From Eubacteriales bacterium (GTDB taxonomy: Bacteria > Bacillota > Clostridia > Oscillospirales > CAG-272): DNA of 64,000 bases. The DNA lies in assembly GCA_045658565.1 (NCBI GenBank), contig JAZOVF010000003.1, forward strand, positions 28,998 through 92,997, given 5' to 3'. Positions within the stretch are counted from its first letter, which is position 1, and each line of letters opens with the position of its first letter. Shown one piece after another: positions 1-9,497 of this stretch. A model generated the notes under the pieces. It was not told where the DNA came from, made no database searches, and was given only the letters and a program-made list of their open reading frames with translations. Made by a program: the position numbers and the translations under genes.

Positions 1-2
1 AG

Positions 3-1067
3 GACGATATCGAGAGCCTTACTCCCGAGATGCGTACCCTGCTTTCAACCGTTGCAATAGATGCAAAGTTTGATATTTATTCGTCCTACCCCTATTCCGA
101 CTCGACAAACGAGTATACCTCATACGGCTCAGGCGTTATATACAAACTTGACAGAGCGGCGGGAAATGCCTATGTTATTACCAACTACCACGTTGTATAT
201 AACAGCGGCGAGGTCAACACAGGCGGCTTCAGCGACACCATAAACCTTTTCCTTTACGGTATGGAGCAGTCCCAGTACGCAATTCCCGCAAGAGTGGTTG
301 GCGGCTCTATGAACTACGATATTGCAGTTCTTGAGGTCAGTGGCTCTGATGTACTTAAAAACAGCATGGCAGTGGCTGCATCTCTCGGTGACTCTGACGC
401 AGTACGGGTGTTTGACGAGGTCTCGGTAGTAGGAAACCCCGAGGGCTACGGAATTTCGGCAACCGATGGCGCTGTCAGTGTTGAGACCGAGTCTCTTGCT
501 ATGACAGGAGCTGACGGAAGAACAGCTATTTCTCTTCGTGTTATGCGTATCAGCGCAGCGGTAAACGAGGGCAACTCGGGCGGCGGTCTTTATAGCGCTG
601 AGGGCAGACTTATCGGTATTGTAAATGCAAAGCGCACAGGCGATGACATTGACAACATTGGTTATGCTATTCCCATTAACCTTGCAAAAAGGGTTGCCGA
701 AAACATTCTACGCAACTGTGACGGTGTAAGCTCCCTCTCGGTTAAAAAGTGCCTTATAGGAATAGGACTCAATGCCGCATCCTCAGGCCTTGTCACCGAC
801 GGAGAGGGCAATCTTGTGATAGTTGAGCAGGTTGCGGTAGCCTCTGTTGAGGAAAACTGCATTACCGACAAATTCAAGGTAGGTGACATATTAAATTCAA
901 TTACCGTTGACGGCAAAACCGTGGCGGTTACAAGAGTTCATCACATTACCGACGTTATGCTTGATGCCTCGGTTGGCAACGTTGTTGTTATAAATGCAAC
1001 AAGAGACGGCGTGTCTTTCGACGTTACATTAACTCTTCCCGAGTCCTGCTCTTCAGTTGTAAAGTAA
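3..1067 (+). CDS. Trypsin-like (S1C/HtrA-like) serine protease, 5' end probably cut by the window edge
   Basis: The frame is open from nt 3, with no stop before the ATG at 30. Catalytic triad contexts are TNYHVVY (His), NYDIAVLEV (Asp) and GNSGGGLY (Ser). The C-terminal segment is PDZ-like. Confidence 0.8.
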   Translation, partial: DDIESLTPEMRTLLSTVAIDAKFDIYSSYPYSDSTNEYTSYGSGVIYKLDRAAGNAYVITNYHVVYNSGEVNTGGFSDTINLFLYGMEQSQYAIPARVVGGSMNYDIAVLEVSGSDVLKNSMAVAASLGDSDAVRVFDEVSVVGNPEGYGISATDGAVSVETESLAMTGADGRTAISLRVMRISAAVNEGNSGGGLYSAEGRLIGIVNAKRTGDDIDNIGYAIPINLAKRVAENILRNCDGVSSLSVKKCLIGIGLNAASSGLVTDGEGNLVIVEQVAVASVEENCITDKFKVGDILNSITVDGKTVAVTRVHHITDVMLDASVGNVVVINATRDGVSFDVTLTLPESCSSVVK

Positions 1068-1107
1068 GCCCGACTCAGGCAATAGAGCTTCCAAACTTAA
1101 TCTAAAA

Positions 1108-1152
1108 ATTCCCCGAAGTGAGCACAATCACATCGGGGAATCACATTTTTTT
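1108..1152 (+). terminator. Rho-independent terminator after the protease gene
   Basis: A 9-bp stem pairs ATTCCCCGA (1108-1116) with TCGGGGAAT (1133-1141), followed by a T7 run at 1146-1152. Confidence 0.6.
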
Positions 1153-1214
1153 AACACATCACCCTAGTATTTTCAAGGGGTTTCGGGCTTTTTTGGTAGT
1201 CACAGCGGGGACAC

Positions 1215-1279
1215 AGTGTAGTGTAGGTTAGTGTAGTATAGGTAAGGTAAGGTTAGGTTAGTGTAGTGTAGATTAGTTT
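1215..1279. repeat. Degenerate tandem pentamer repeat (AGKKW)x13
   Basis: The units read AGTGT AGTGT AGGTT AGTGT AGTAT AGGTA AGGTA AGGTT AGGTT AGTGT AGTGT AGATT AGTTT. All 13 units start with AG and contain no C. An A/C-only tract follows at 1289-1335. Confidence 0.85.
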
Positions 1280-1340
1280 ACCGTCGATACACAGGCAGAC
1301 AAAACACAAAACAAATACAATACAAAAAACAAAAGAAGAA

Positions 1341-3356
1341 TTATTTATTGTTTTTTCTTCTGCCTACACGCCTTACACTTCCGTCTGAAAGAGGCGCACC
1401 GCTCTTAAACGAGGCAAGGGCGGTTTTTATTTTTTCTTCCCTTTCGGTGGAGAAGATAAAGTGATAGGAGCCTATGCGGTTTTTGTCAAGAAGGGGTAGC
1501 TTATCGCCCATATAGGTGATTTTGGAGTTCAAAATCAGACTTCGGTGGTCAAACTCCCTTATCATCGGGAATCTTTCGCCCATTCTGTCCTCAAGCGAAA
1601 CCGCAGAGCAACGTCCGCAGCCTCCGTTATCCTTCATAAAACACCTTTCGGTTATCATAAGCGGAATTCTGCCGTAAACGATAACTCCGCCGCCAACATC
1701 TCTTGCCTGAGGGAGGGTTATCTCGGGAGATAAAATTATATGCTCTGCTCCCATTTCCGAAAGAGTCTTATAGGTCAGGCGGTTTGTTACATTCAGCCTG
1801 AAGTCGCAGATAGGAGCAAGAGAAAATTCCTTCGCCAGAGCCATTTGCCCTATGTTAGAAACAAGGGCATATTTTATTTTTTCTTTATCAAGCTCGGAGA
1901 GAGCTGCCCTCACCTGAGAAAGCTCCGACTCCATAATAACAGGCGGCAGATAAACGCCGTTAGCTCCTGTCTTGTTCTCGGCAAAGAGAGAGACGAATAT
2001 TGCATCAAAGCCGTAGGTATCACTCGGCACAGATGAATTTATACCGAGGATTTGGGCGGTTGTCATTTTTCTTGTGTTAAAGGAGAATTTCGGTAGGGTG
2101 TAGTCAACGAAAATTTCCTCTCTTGAGGTGTCCTCAAAGGCATCTGCCGCCGCACGTCGCAGGGCATTAAGTGCCGAGGGAGGCAAATTCAGCCCCTCGT
2201 CAAGTGTGAGTGTTATATCCGAGGTGTTAAGGGAAAGGTAGGTGTTACCCATTTTAGAAAGTCTTTCCTTTACTCCCTCGATTGTCAGAGGTGAGCTTTC
2301 TGCCTTTTCGGGTATCTGCCCGAGGACAGTAACCTCTTTACCCTCGCCGTCATAGAGAGTCATTTCGGCAGGGCAGTCCTTTAATATTCTAACGGTCGAA
2401 AAGACCTTTTTTCTTTTTAGAGATATGTCTATTTCATTTTCTCGGCTTTCCGTCTTGTTTTCTTCACTTCTTATTCCAAGCTCCACGCTCTGAGGCTTGC
2501 CTTTAAGGTAGCCGTCGGTAAAGCCGCCTCTGGAAAAGGCTTTTTTAAGAGCGGTCCACTCCTCAGCTGTTGCCCCTCTTCCCTCGTCAAGCAGGCGGCG
2601 GAAAATAGAGGTTACGGTATAAACGTATGAGGGTGATTTCATTCTTCCCTCAATTTTAAGAGAAGCAACCCCGGACTCTATAAGGGCGGGAATGTGAGCG
2701 GCATAGGAGAGGTCTTTTAAAGACAGGGGATATTTTCCGCCTGCAAAGGGGAGTCTGCATGGCTGGGCACACTCACCGCGATTGCCGCTTCTGCCCCCTA
2801 CCATAGAAGAAAAGAGGCACTGACCTGAGTGGCAAACGCACAGAGCACCGTGTAAAAAGACCTCAATTTCGGGCTTTGACTTTTCTGTCACCGCTCTTAT
2901 ATCATTAAGCGAGCATTCTCGTGCAAGAACTACCCTCTCACAACCGAGGTTGAATGCCTCGTCAGCCCCAAGACTGTTGTGCACCGACATTTGTGTTGAT
3001 GCGTGAAGGGGCAGCTCGGGCACATGCCGTCTTATCTCATGAATAGCGCCAAGGTCGGCTATTATGAGAGCATCTACTCCTATTTTCCAAAGGAATGCCG
3101 CGTATTCCACAACCTCTTTCATCTCAAGGTCGAGGATAAGGGTGTTTACCGTAACATAGAGCTTTACTCCGTGAAGGTGGCAGTATCTTACCGCCAGCGC
3201 AAGCTCTTCATTATCAAAATTTTTGGCAAAGGCTCTTGCGCCAAAGCGACGTCCGCCAACGTATACGGCATCCGCACCCCCTGCCACAGCCGCAACAAGG
3301 GCATCAAAGCTGCCCGCAGGGGCAAGAAGCTCGGGAAGTTTATTTTTTCTTTTCAT
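1341..3356 (-). CDS. Peptidase U32 family protein (two-module, collagenase-like / RlhA-TrhP family)
   Basis: 671 aa. It carries the U32 signature EVFLHGALCVCHSGQCLFSS (E-x-F-x-x-G-[SA]-[LIVM]-C-x4-G-x-C-x-[LIVM]-S). Confidence 0.85.
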   Translation of the reverse strand: MKRKNKLPELLAPAGSFDALVAAVAGGADAVYVGGRRFGARAFAKNFDNEELALAVRYCHLHGVKLYVTVNTLILDLEMKEVVEYAAFLWKIGVDALIIADLGAIHEIRRHVPELPLHASTQMSVHNSLGADEAFNLGCERVVLARECSLNDIRAVTEKSKPEIEVFLHGALCVCHSGQCLFSSMVGGRSGNRGECAQPCRLPFAGGKYPLSLKDLSYAAHIPALIESGVASLKIEGRMKSPSYVYTVTSIFRRLLDEGRGATAEEWTALKKAFSRGGFTDGYLKGKPQSVELGIRSEENKTESRENEIDISLKRKKVFSTVRILKDCPAEMTLYDGEGKEVTVLGQIPEKAESSPLTIEGVKERLSKMGNTYLSLNTSDITLTLDEGLNLPPSALNALRRAAADAFEDTSREEIFVDYTLPKFSFNTRKMTTAQILGINSSVPSDTYGFDAIFVSLFAENKTGANGVYLPPVIMESELSQVRAALSELDKEKIKYALVSNIGQMALAKEFSLAPICDFRLNVTNRLTYKTLSEMGAEHIILSPEITLPQARDVGGGVIVYGRIPLMITERCFMKDNGGCGRCSAVSLEDRMGERFPMIREFDHRSLILNSKITYMGDKLPLLDKNRIGSYHFIFSTEREEKIKTALASFKSGAPLSDGSVRRVGRRKNNK

Positions 3357-3688
3357 TTTTTCATTTTGCCCCTTTCTCTACATCTTGTGCCGCAAGGCAC
3401 ATATCGAGCACCTTCAGGTGTATATCGAATTGGCTGTTTTCAAAACACGAATATATCGAGTCCGCAGGACATATCGACTTTTACAATTATGCATTTGACT
3501 AGCTCGAACAAACCCGCAGGAATGAGAAAAATTTTAAGGATAAGCGTTGATTTTTCTCCGAAGCCGTAGCAACCTACTGCGCACTATGCGATGACACAGA
3601 TTTTGATGAAGCACAAAGATTTTCGTGTCGCAATCAATAGAAATCTATTGCAAGACCGAAAACTCTGCGGCGATTCGCAAAATATGCG

Positions 3689-5233
3689 TCATCGCCTCCA
3701 GTATTTGCGGTCCAAAGTGCGGTACATTATCGCTTCGGATATATGTTCCGCATTTATTTGGTCCAACCCGTCAAGGTCGGCTATTGTTCTGGCTACTCTC
3801 AGAACTCTGTCGTGGCCGCGGGCAGAAAGACCAAGGGTCTCAAATGCCTCGCGCATAAGCTCTGTACCCTCTTTATCGGGGGTGCAATATTTGCGTAGAA
3901 GCTCGGTTGACATTCTGGCATTAAGAACACCTGTCTTGTCGCCTCCACGCTCGAGGCGGCTGTCTGTAAAGGCTCTGGCAGCATTTACCCGCTTGCGTAT
4001 TTCCGCCGATGGCTCACCGGGGGCTGTTTTGCCAGAGATTTCGTTATATGAGACCGAGGGAAGCTCTATTTCTATATCAATTCTGTCAAGGAGAGGACCG
4101 CTGACACGCTCGAGATATTTGGCTATTGATGCAGGGGTGCAGGTGCATTGCCTCTGCGGGTCGCCATAATAGCCGCAACGGCAGGGGTTCATGGCGCAAA
4201 CCAGCATAAAGGTTGCGGGGTATGTAACCTTTGCAGCCGCACGTGTTACGGTAACAACACCGTCCTCAAGGGGCTGGCGGAGAGACTCGGTTACGCTCTT
4301 TGTAAACTCGGGAAGCTCGTCAAGGAAAAGAACTCCGTTGTTTGAAAGGGAGATTTCACCCGGTCTCGGCATTGCTCCGCCGCCAACAAGGCCTGCAACG
4401 CTTACTGTATGGTGAGGAGAGCGGAATGGGCGCTCGGTTACAAGGTTGGTTCTTAAAGTACCTGTTACAGAGTGGATTTTTGTCGTTTCTACCGCCTCGT
4501 CAAAGGTCATATCGGGGAGAATTGTCGAAAGCCTTTTTGCAAGCATTGATTTACCTGCTCCGGGAGGGCCTATCATAAGAATATTATGTCCGCCTGCGGC
4601 AGCAATCTCAAGTGCCCGTTTTGCCTTATACTGTCCTCTGACATCGGCAAAGTCAACACCGCCCGCATGAGATGTAAGGTCGAATTTTGATGCATCAAAG
4701 CTCATAGGAGCGATAGGCTCCTCACCTCTTATATGGCTTATCAGCTGACGGAGTGTTTTTACTCCGTACACGGTAATTCCGTCAACCACGGCTGCCTCGC
4801 CTGCGTTGTCAAGGGGTACAAAAACCTCACGTCTGCCGCACTTCTTTGCCGAAACCACCATTGGCAAAACTCCGCCTATGGGTCTTACCTCTCCCGAAAG
4901 CGAAAGCTCACCGATAAAGCACTTGTCGGAGAAGTCGTAATCCGAGGGGATAATTCTGTCGCATTGCATAATAGAGCATATTATGGCAAGGTCGAATGCC
5001 GAGCCTTCTTTTTTTACATCGGCAGGGGCAAGGTTTATCATTATATCAATGGGCGGAAAGGCAAAGCCGCTGTTCTCGGCAGCGCACCTTACACGGTTTT
5101 TCGCCTCTTTTACTGCTGTATCCGGAAGTCCCACAAGCTCAAACTTTGGGAGCCTGTCCCAGGCGCTGCACTCAACTGCGACCTCAAAGCCGTCTATTCC
5201 TATAACACCTGAGCTATATACCTTTGATAGCAT
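3689..5233 (-). CDS. comM: YifB/ComM family Mg-chelatase-like AAA+ ATPase
   Basis: 514 aa. It has a Lon-protease-like N-domain (MLSKVYSSGVIGIDGFEV...), Walker A GPPGAGKSM and Walker B VLFLDELPEF. Length and layout are typical of the family. Confidence 0.9.
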   Translation of the reverse strand: MLSKVYSSGVIGIDGFEVAVECSAWDRLPKFELVGLPDTAVKEAKNRVRCAAENSGFAFPPIDIMINLAPADVKKEGSAFDLAIICSIMQCDRIIPSDYDFSDKCFIGELSLSGEVRPIGGVLPMVVSAKKCGRREVFVPLDNAGEAAVVDGITVYGVKTLRQLISHIRGEEPIAPMSFDASKFDLTSHAGGVDFADVRGQYKAKRALEIAAAGGHNILMIGPPGAGKSMLAKRLSTILPDMTFDEAVETTKIHSVTGTLRTNLVTERPFRSPHHTVSVAGLVGGGAMPRPGEISLSNNGVLFLDELPEFTKSVTESLRQPLEDGVVTVTRAAAKVTYPATFMLVCAMNPCRCGYYGDPQRQCTCTPASIAKYLERVSGPLLDRIDIEIELPSVSYNEISGKTAPGEPSAEIRKRVNAARAFTDSRLERGGDKTGVLNARMSTELLRKYCTPDKEGTELMREAFETLGLSARGHDRVLRVARTIADLDGLDQINAEHISEAIMYRTLDRKYWRR

Positions 5234-5369
5234 AGATTTCTCACTTTCAAAAAGTCTTTTTATCTATGGTATATTATACATAAAAATTTATTACAAATCA
5301 ATAGTTTTTTTAAAGTGCGAAAATTAGTTGACTTTTCCTTGGCTTTTGTCAATTTGTGAACAAAAGCTA

Positions 5370-5398
5370 TTGCATTTTTTAACAAACTGTGATAGAAT
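5370..5398 (+). promoter_or_regulatory. Sigma-A-type promoter candidate for the acyltransferase gene
   Basis: TTGCAT (5370-5375), a 17-bp spacer, then TAGAAT (5393-5398). A TG dinucleotide lies one base upstream of the -10 element (extended -10). Confidence 0.4.
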
Positions 5399-5449
5399 GT
5401 AAACAAGACCACAAAAACGTCTGTAAAAGGACACGAAAGGCCTGTTTTT

Positions 5450-6748
5450 ATGAAAATAAAAATTATTAACACAACCTATGACGAGGCAATGAAAATCAAG
5501 CCTCCTCATCACAAAAAGCCCCTTAAGCCCTCTATGTTTTTCCGCATACTGATGAAGGTATTGTCTGTGCGTGCTTTACACAAGAGCCACTTTAGCTGCA
5601 CAAAGATAGGCATGGAGAGGTTAGGCAAAAAAGAGCCTGCTTTTATCCTTATGAACCACTCCTGCTTCATCGATATGAAGATTGTTCCTACCCTGCTTTA
5701 TCCCCGCCCATTTAACATTGTTGCAACCAGGGACACCTTTATAGGCAAGGACCTGCTTATACGACTTATCGGCTGTATTCCCACAACAAAGTTTGTTGCC
5801 GACACAACCCTTGTAAGGGATATAATTTATGCTATTAAAAAGCTTAAAAGCTCGGTGGTAATGTTCCCCGAGGCAGGATATTCTCTTGACGGCCGTTCAA
5901 CCGTTTTGCCCGACTCGCTTGGTAAGATGATTAAGATGCTGGGCGCTCCCGTAGTTACAATACATACCGACGGTGCATTTGCAAGAGACCCTCTATATAA
6001 CAACCTGCAGCTGAGAAAGGTTGACGTTTCTGCAACCGAAAAATATCTGCTCTCTCCCGAAGAAATAAAAGCAATGTCCCCCGAGGAAATAAATGACCTT
6101 ATCGCAAAGGAGTTTGATTTTGACAACTTTAAGTGGCAGAGAGAAAACCACGTAAAGATTGCCGAGGGCTTCAGAGCAGACTGCCTGCACAGAGTGCTTT
6201 ATAAGTGTCCCCACTGTCTTGCCGAGGGAAAGATGCTTGGTAAGGGCACCGAGCTTGTATGCGAAGCCTGCGGAAAGGACTATCACCTTGACGAATACGG
6301 CTCGCTTAAGCTTGTTAACGGTCAGGGTAAATTCGACCACGTGCCCGACTGGTTTGACTGGCAGAGGGATTGTGTACGTAAAGAAATCAACGACGGCAGC
6401 TACAAAATGGACGTGCCTGTTGATATTATGATGGTTATAGACTCAAAGGGGCTTTATCGCGTTGGCGAGGGCAGACTTGTTCATGATATAAACGGATTTG
6501 TTCTTGACGGCTGCGACGGTAAGCTCCACTATGAGCAAAAGCCTCTTGCTTCATACACCTTAAACTCCGAGTATTACTGGTACGAGATTGGCGACGTTAT
6601 GAGCATTGGTACAAATGACCGCCTCTACTACTGCTTCCCCAAGGGCGACGGCAGCATTGTAACAAAAGCAAGGCTTGCAACCGAGGAAATTTACAAAATT
6701 GCCCTTGCCGAAAAGCAGGAGAAGGATGCAGAAAAAGCGGTAAAATAG
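5450..6748 (+). CDS. Lysophospholipid (PlsC-family) acyltransferase with a C-terminal zinc-ribbon-containing domain
   Basis: 432 aa. It has the HX4D motif NHSCFID, the FPEAGYS motif, and CPHC...CEAC cysteine pairs. Confidence 0.75.
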   Translation: MKIKIINTTYDEAMKIKPPHHKKPLKPSMFFRILMKVLSVRALHKSHFSCTKIGMERLGKKEPAFILMNHSCFIDMKIVPTLLYPRPFNIVATRDTFIGKDLLIRLIGCIPTTKFVADTTLVRDIIYAIKKLKSSVVMFPEAGYSLDGRSTVLPDSLGKMIKMLGAPVVTIHTDGAFARDPLYNNLQLRKVDVSATEKYLLSPEEIKAMSPEEINDLIAKEFDFDNFKWQRENHVKIAEGFRADCLHRVLYKCPHCLAEGKMLGKGTELVCEACGKDYHLDEYGSLKLVNGQGKFDHVPDWFDWQRDCVRKEINDGSYKMDVPVDIMMVIDSKGLYRVGEGRLVHDINGFVLDGCDGKLHYEQKPLASYTLNSEYYWYEIGDVMSIGTNDRLYYCFPKGDGSIVTKARLATEEIYKIALAEKQEKDAEKAVK

Positions 6749-6780
6749 TGATTTTTGAAAACAATAGTTTGCATTTATAA

Positions 6781-6812
6781 AAAAGAACAGGATTTTTGTC
6801 CTGTTCTTTTTT
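6781..6812. terminator. Bidirectional rho-independent terminator between convergent genes
   Basis: The stem pairs GAACAGGA (6785-6792) with TCCTGTTC (6799-6806). It is flanked by an A-run upstream and a T-run downstream. Confidence 0.75.
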
Positions 6813-6818
6813 GCGTTT

Positions 6819-7529
6819 TTATTTTGTAATATCCTTTATTACTTCTCCTGCGATTATCAGTCCCATAACAGAGGGAACAAAGGAAATACTGCCGGGGGCT
6901 GCCTTACCGTCACACTTTTCGGCATCCGACTCAGGAGATGCTATCGCAGGCTTTTCCTTTGAATAGACCACTTTGAGATGGTGTATGCCTTTTTTTCTCA
7001 AAGCGACTCTCACGGCGCGTGCCAGGGGGCAGACCTCGGTTTTTGAAATATCCGACACCTCAAAGCGGGTGGGGTCCAGCTTGTTGCCGGCTCCCATTGC
7101 GGAAATTATGGGAGTTCCCGCCTCCTTTGCAAGAGTTATAAGCAAAATTTTTGAGGAAAGGGAGTCTATTGCATCTATTATATGGTCAAAGGAAGAAAAA
7201 TCAAACTGCGCGGCACATTCCTCACCGAAAAAGAGGTTATAGGTGAAAACCTTTGCTTGGGGGTTTATATCCAAAATGCGTTCTTTTGCCGCCTCGGTCT
7301 TGTGCTGTCCTACGGTTTTGTGTGTGGCAATTATCTGACGGTTGATGTTTGAAAGCGAGACTCTGTCTGCATCAACAAGGTGCATTTCTCCAACTCCCGC
7401 CCTGGCAAGAGCCTCAACGGCATATCCGCCGACACCGCCAATGCCAAATACGGCGACTTTAGAGCTTTTAAGTCTTTCGACCGCCCCCTCGCCTAGCATC
7501 ATTGCCGTTCTTATATCCTGTTCACGCAT
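6819..7529 (-). CDS. tcdA: tRNA threonylcarbamoyladenosine dehydratase (ThiF/E1-like)
   Basis: It has the Rossmann motif VAVFGIGGVGGYAVEALARAGVG and NINRQ. I chose the start at ATG 7529, preceded by GGAGAG, rather than the longer track ORF that runs to 7610. Confidence 0.85.
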   Translation of the reverse strand: MREQDIRTAMMLGEGAVERLKSSKVAVFGIGGVGGYAVEALARAGVGEMHLVDADRVSLSNINRQIIATHKTVGQHKTEAAKERILDINPQAKVFTYNLFFGEECAAQFDFSSFDHIIDAIDSLSSKILLITLAKEAGTPIISAMGAGNKLDPTRFEVSDISKTEVCPLARAVRVALRKKGIHHLKVVYSKEKPAIASPESDAEKCDGKAAPGSISFVPSVMGLIIAGEVIKDITK

Positions 7530-7687
7530 AATTTCTCTCCGAGTTAATCTTTTTTCAATAATTATATATCTTTTTCGGGTAAATGTCAATACAGCCAAAA
7601 CGGATATCACTCCTATCTCCTAAATACTTCTTGACTACTATGCATAAAAATGATATACTATAAAAAATGACATTGCAGGAGCAAAAG

Positions 7688-8809
7688 ATGAAACTGGAGC
7701 TTGTGGCGACCTGTCTTTTCGGCCTTGAGAAGTTGCTGGGCGAGGAGATTGAGGCGCTGGGTTATGAGAAAATTTCAACAATTGACGGCAGAGTGACCTT
7801 TCTCGGAGACGAGGAGGCGGTTGCTCTTTCAAATATATTTTTAAGATATGCCGAGCGTGTATTTATTAAGGTGGGCGCCTTTCGTGCCGAGAGCTTCGAG
7901 GAGCTTTTTGAGGGCACGCGCGCACTTCCTTGGCATGAGTTTATCGGCAGAGATGATGCCTTCCCTGTTAAGGGTCATGCTATAAAATCGACTCTACACT
8001 CTATTCCCGACTGCCAGGCTATTACCAAAAAGGCGGTTGTAAGAGCTATGAGCGAGCGCTACGGAATTACCGAATTCCCCGAAACCGGAGTGAAATACCA
8101 GATTGAATTCTTTATTTTAAATAACGCGGCGACGCTTATGATTGACACCTCGGGTGTTGCTTTGCACAAGAGAGGGTACAGAAAGGACTCTCTGGGCGCG
8201 CCCATACGTGAAACCCTTGCGGCGGCGATTGCGGCAACCTCCCGCCCGAGAGAAAATGTTCTCCTCTGGGACCCTATGTGCGGCAGCGGCACAATTGCCA
8301 TAGAGGCGGCAATGAAGATGAAAAACATAGCTCCCGGCAAATCGAGAGTCTTTGCGGCGGAGGAATTCGCATTTATTGACAAGAAAATCTGGCAAAGAGC
8401 AAGAGAAGAGGCAACAGAGGGTGAAATAAAAACCGATTTTGAGGTTTTTGCCTCGGATATCGACCCTGCGGCGGTGGAGCTGGCAACAAAAAATGCCCGA
8501 CTTGCGGGAGTTGACGATGTTGTAAAGGTCTTTTCTATGGATGCAAGAAAGATTTCCGCCCCCGGCAGACGTGCCACCATAGTTACAAATCCACCCTATG
8601 GCGAAAGGCTGGGCACACTAAGAGAAGCCGAGGCTCTTTACCGTGAGATTGGCATTCATTTTCGCTCCCTTGCACCCTGGCAGGTGTATATCATAACCTC
8701 TCACCCCGCTTTTGAACGCTTTTACGGCAAGAAGGCAGACAAGGTGAGAAAGCTGTATAACGGTATGCTGCCCTGTTATCTTTATCAATACTTTAAAAAC
8801 AATAAGTAA
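7688..8809 (+). CDS. THUMP-domain class I SAM-dependent RNA methyltransferase (RlmL/YpsC-like)
   Basis: It has the SAM motif DPMCGSGTIAIEAA and the catalytic motif NPPYGERL. I chose the start at ATG 7688, preceded by AGGAG. The track ORF starts at 7667. Confidence 0.85.
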   Translation: MKLELVATCLFGLEKLLGEEIEALGYEKISTIDGRVTFLGDEEAVALSNIFLRYAERVFIKVGAFRAESFEELFEGTRALPWHEFIGRDDAFPVKGHAIKSTLHSIPDCQAITKKAVVRAMSERYGITEFPETGVKYQIEFFILNNAATLMIDTSGVALHKRGYRKDSLGAPIRETLAAAIAATSRPRENVLLWDPMCGSGTIAIEAAMKMKNIAPGKSRVFAAEEFAFIDKKIWQRAREEATEGEIKTDFEVFASDIDPAAVELATKNARLAGVDDVVKVFSMDARKISAPGRRATIVTNPPYGERLGTLREAEALYREIGIHFRSLAPWQVYIITSHPAFERFYGKKADKVRKLYNGMLPCYLYQYFKNNK

Positions 8810-8840
8810 GTACTAACGGCTCAGCCCTTTAGGACACATA

Positions 8841-8870
8841 AAAAACGGCCTCCCTTGGGAAGCCGTTTTC
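8841..8870. terminator. Bidirectional terminator between the methyltransferase gene and spoIIIAH
   Basis: The stem pairs ACGGCCTCCC with GGGAAGCCGT (one mismatch). A5 precedes it and T4 follows it. Confidence 0.65.
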
Positions 8871-8876
8871 TTATTA

Positions 8877-9428
8877 TTAAACCTTATTTACAATGCTTAC
8901 TCTCTCGGGGGAGATTCCTGTTGTTTCGTAGACGATAGTAAGTATCTGAGCTGCCTCTGCCGCCTTAAGGCTCTCTGCCTTTACAATAACGCTTACCGCG
9001 CCATCGGAAATTACGGCAACGCACTCTTCAAAGCCCTTTGCCTTAACAAGAGACTCGATATTTGCCTCGTTCTGGATATCCACAGCAATCTGAGAAATCT
9101 TTGTGGTTGCCTCGGTTTTTGCCGCCTCGGAGGACTCGTTACTCTCCGCTACAAGCTTAAGCACGTCGAGTGCTTCATCTCTTGCTTCCTCACGGTTAAG
9201 GGCTGTTGCGGTAAAGTAGTTCTCCCCTGCTGCATCGCCTGCGGCAGACTGGCTGTCGGAGTAGTTATCCTCCATATTGTTATCGCCATAGCCGAGAGCC
9301 GTTGTGGGGTCGTAGAACCAGCGGTAGTTAAGATAAACCGCAAGGCCGATAAGAAGCGCGCAGGATGCGACTATCGCTGCCTTTGCGCCCTTGGTAGAAA
9401 GAAACTGTTTGATTTTTTCGTTTGTCAT
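8877..9428 (-). CDS. spoIIIAH: Stage III sporulation protein AH
   Basis: It is the last gene of an eight-gene colinear spoIIIA operon. It has an N-terminal TM anchor and an acidic linker, and its size (183 aa) is typical. Confidence 0.8.
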   Translation of the reverse strand: MTNEKIKQFLSTKGAKAAIVASCALLIGLAVYLNYRWFYDPTTALGYGDNNMEDNYSDSQSAAGDAAGENYFTATALNREEARDEALDVLKLVAESNESSEAAKTEATTKISQIAVDIQNEANIESLVKAKGFEECVAVISDGAVSVIVKAESLKAAEAAQILTIVYETTGISPERVSIVNKV

Positions 9429-9497
9429 TGTATGTTCTCCTTGAAAAAATTGTTACTTGATAAATGATATGCTCACGCACCTTGATATATTCCCTTT

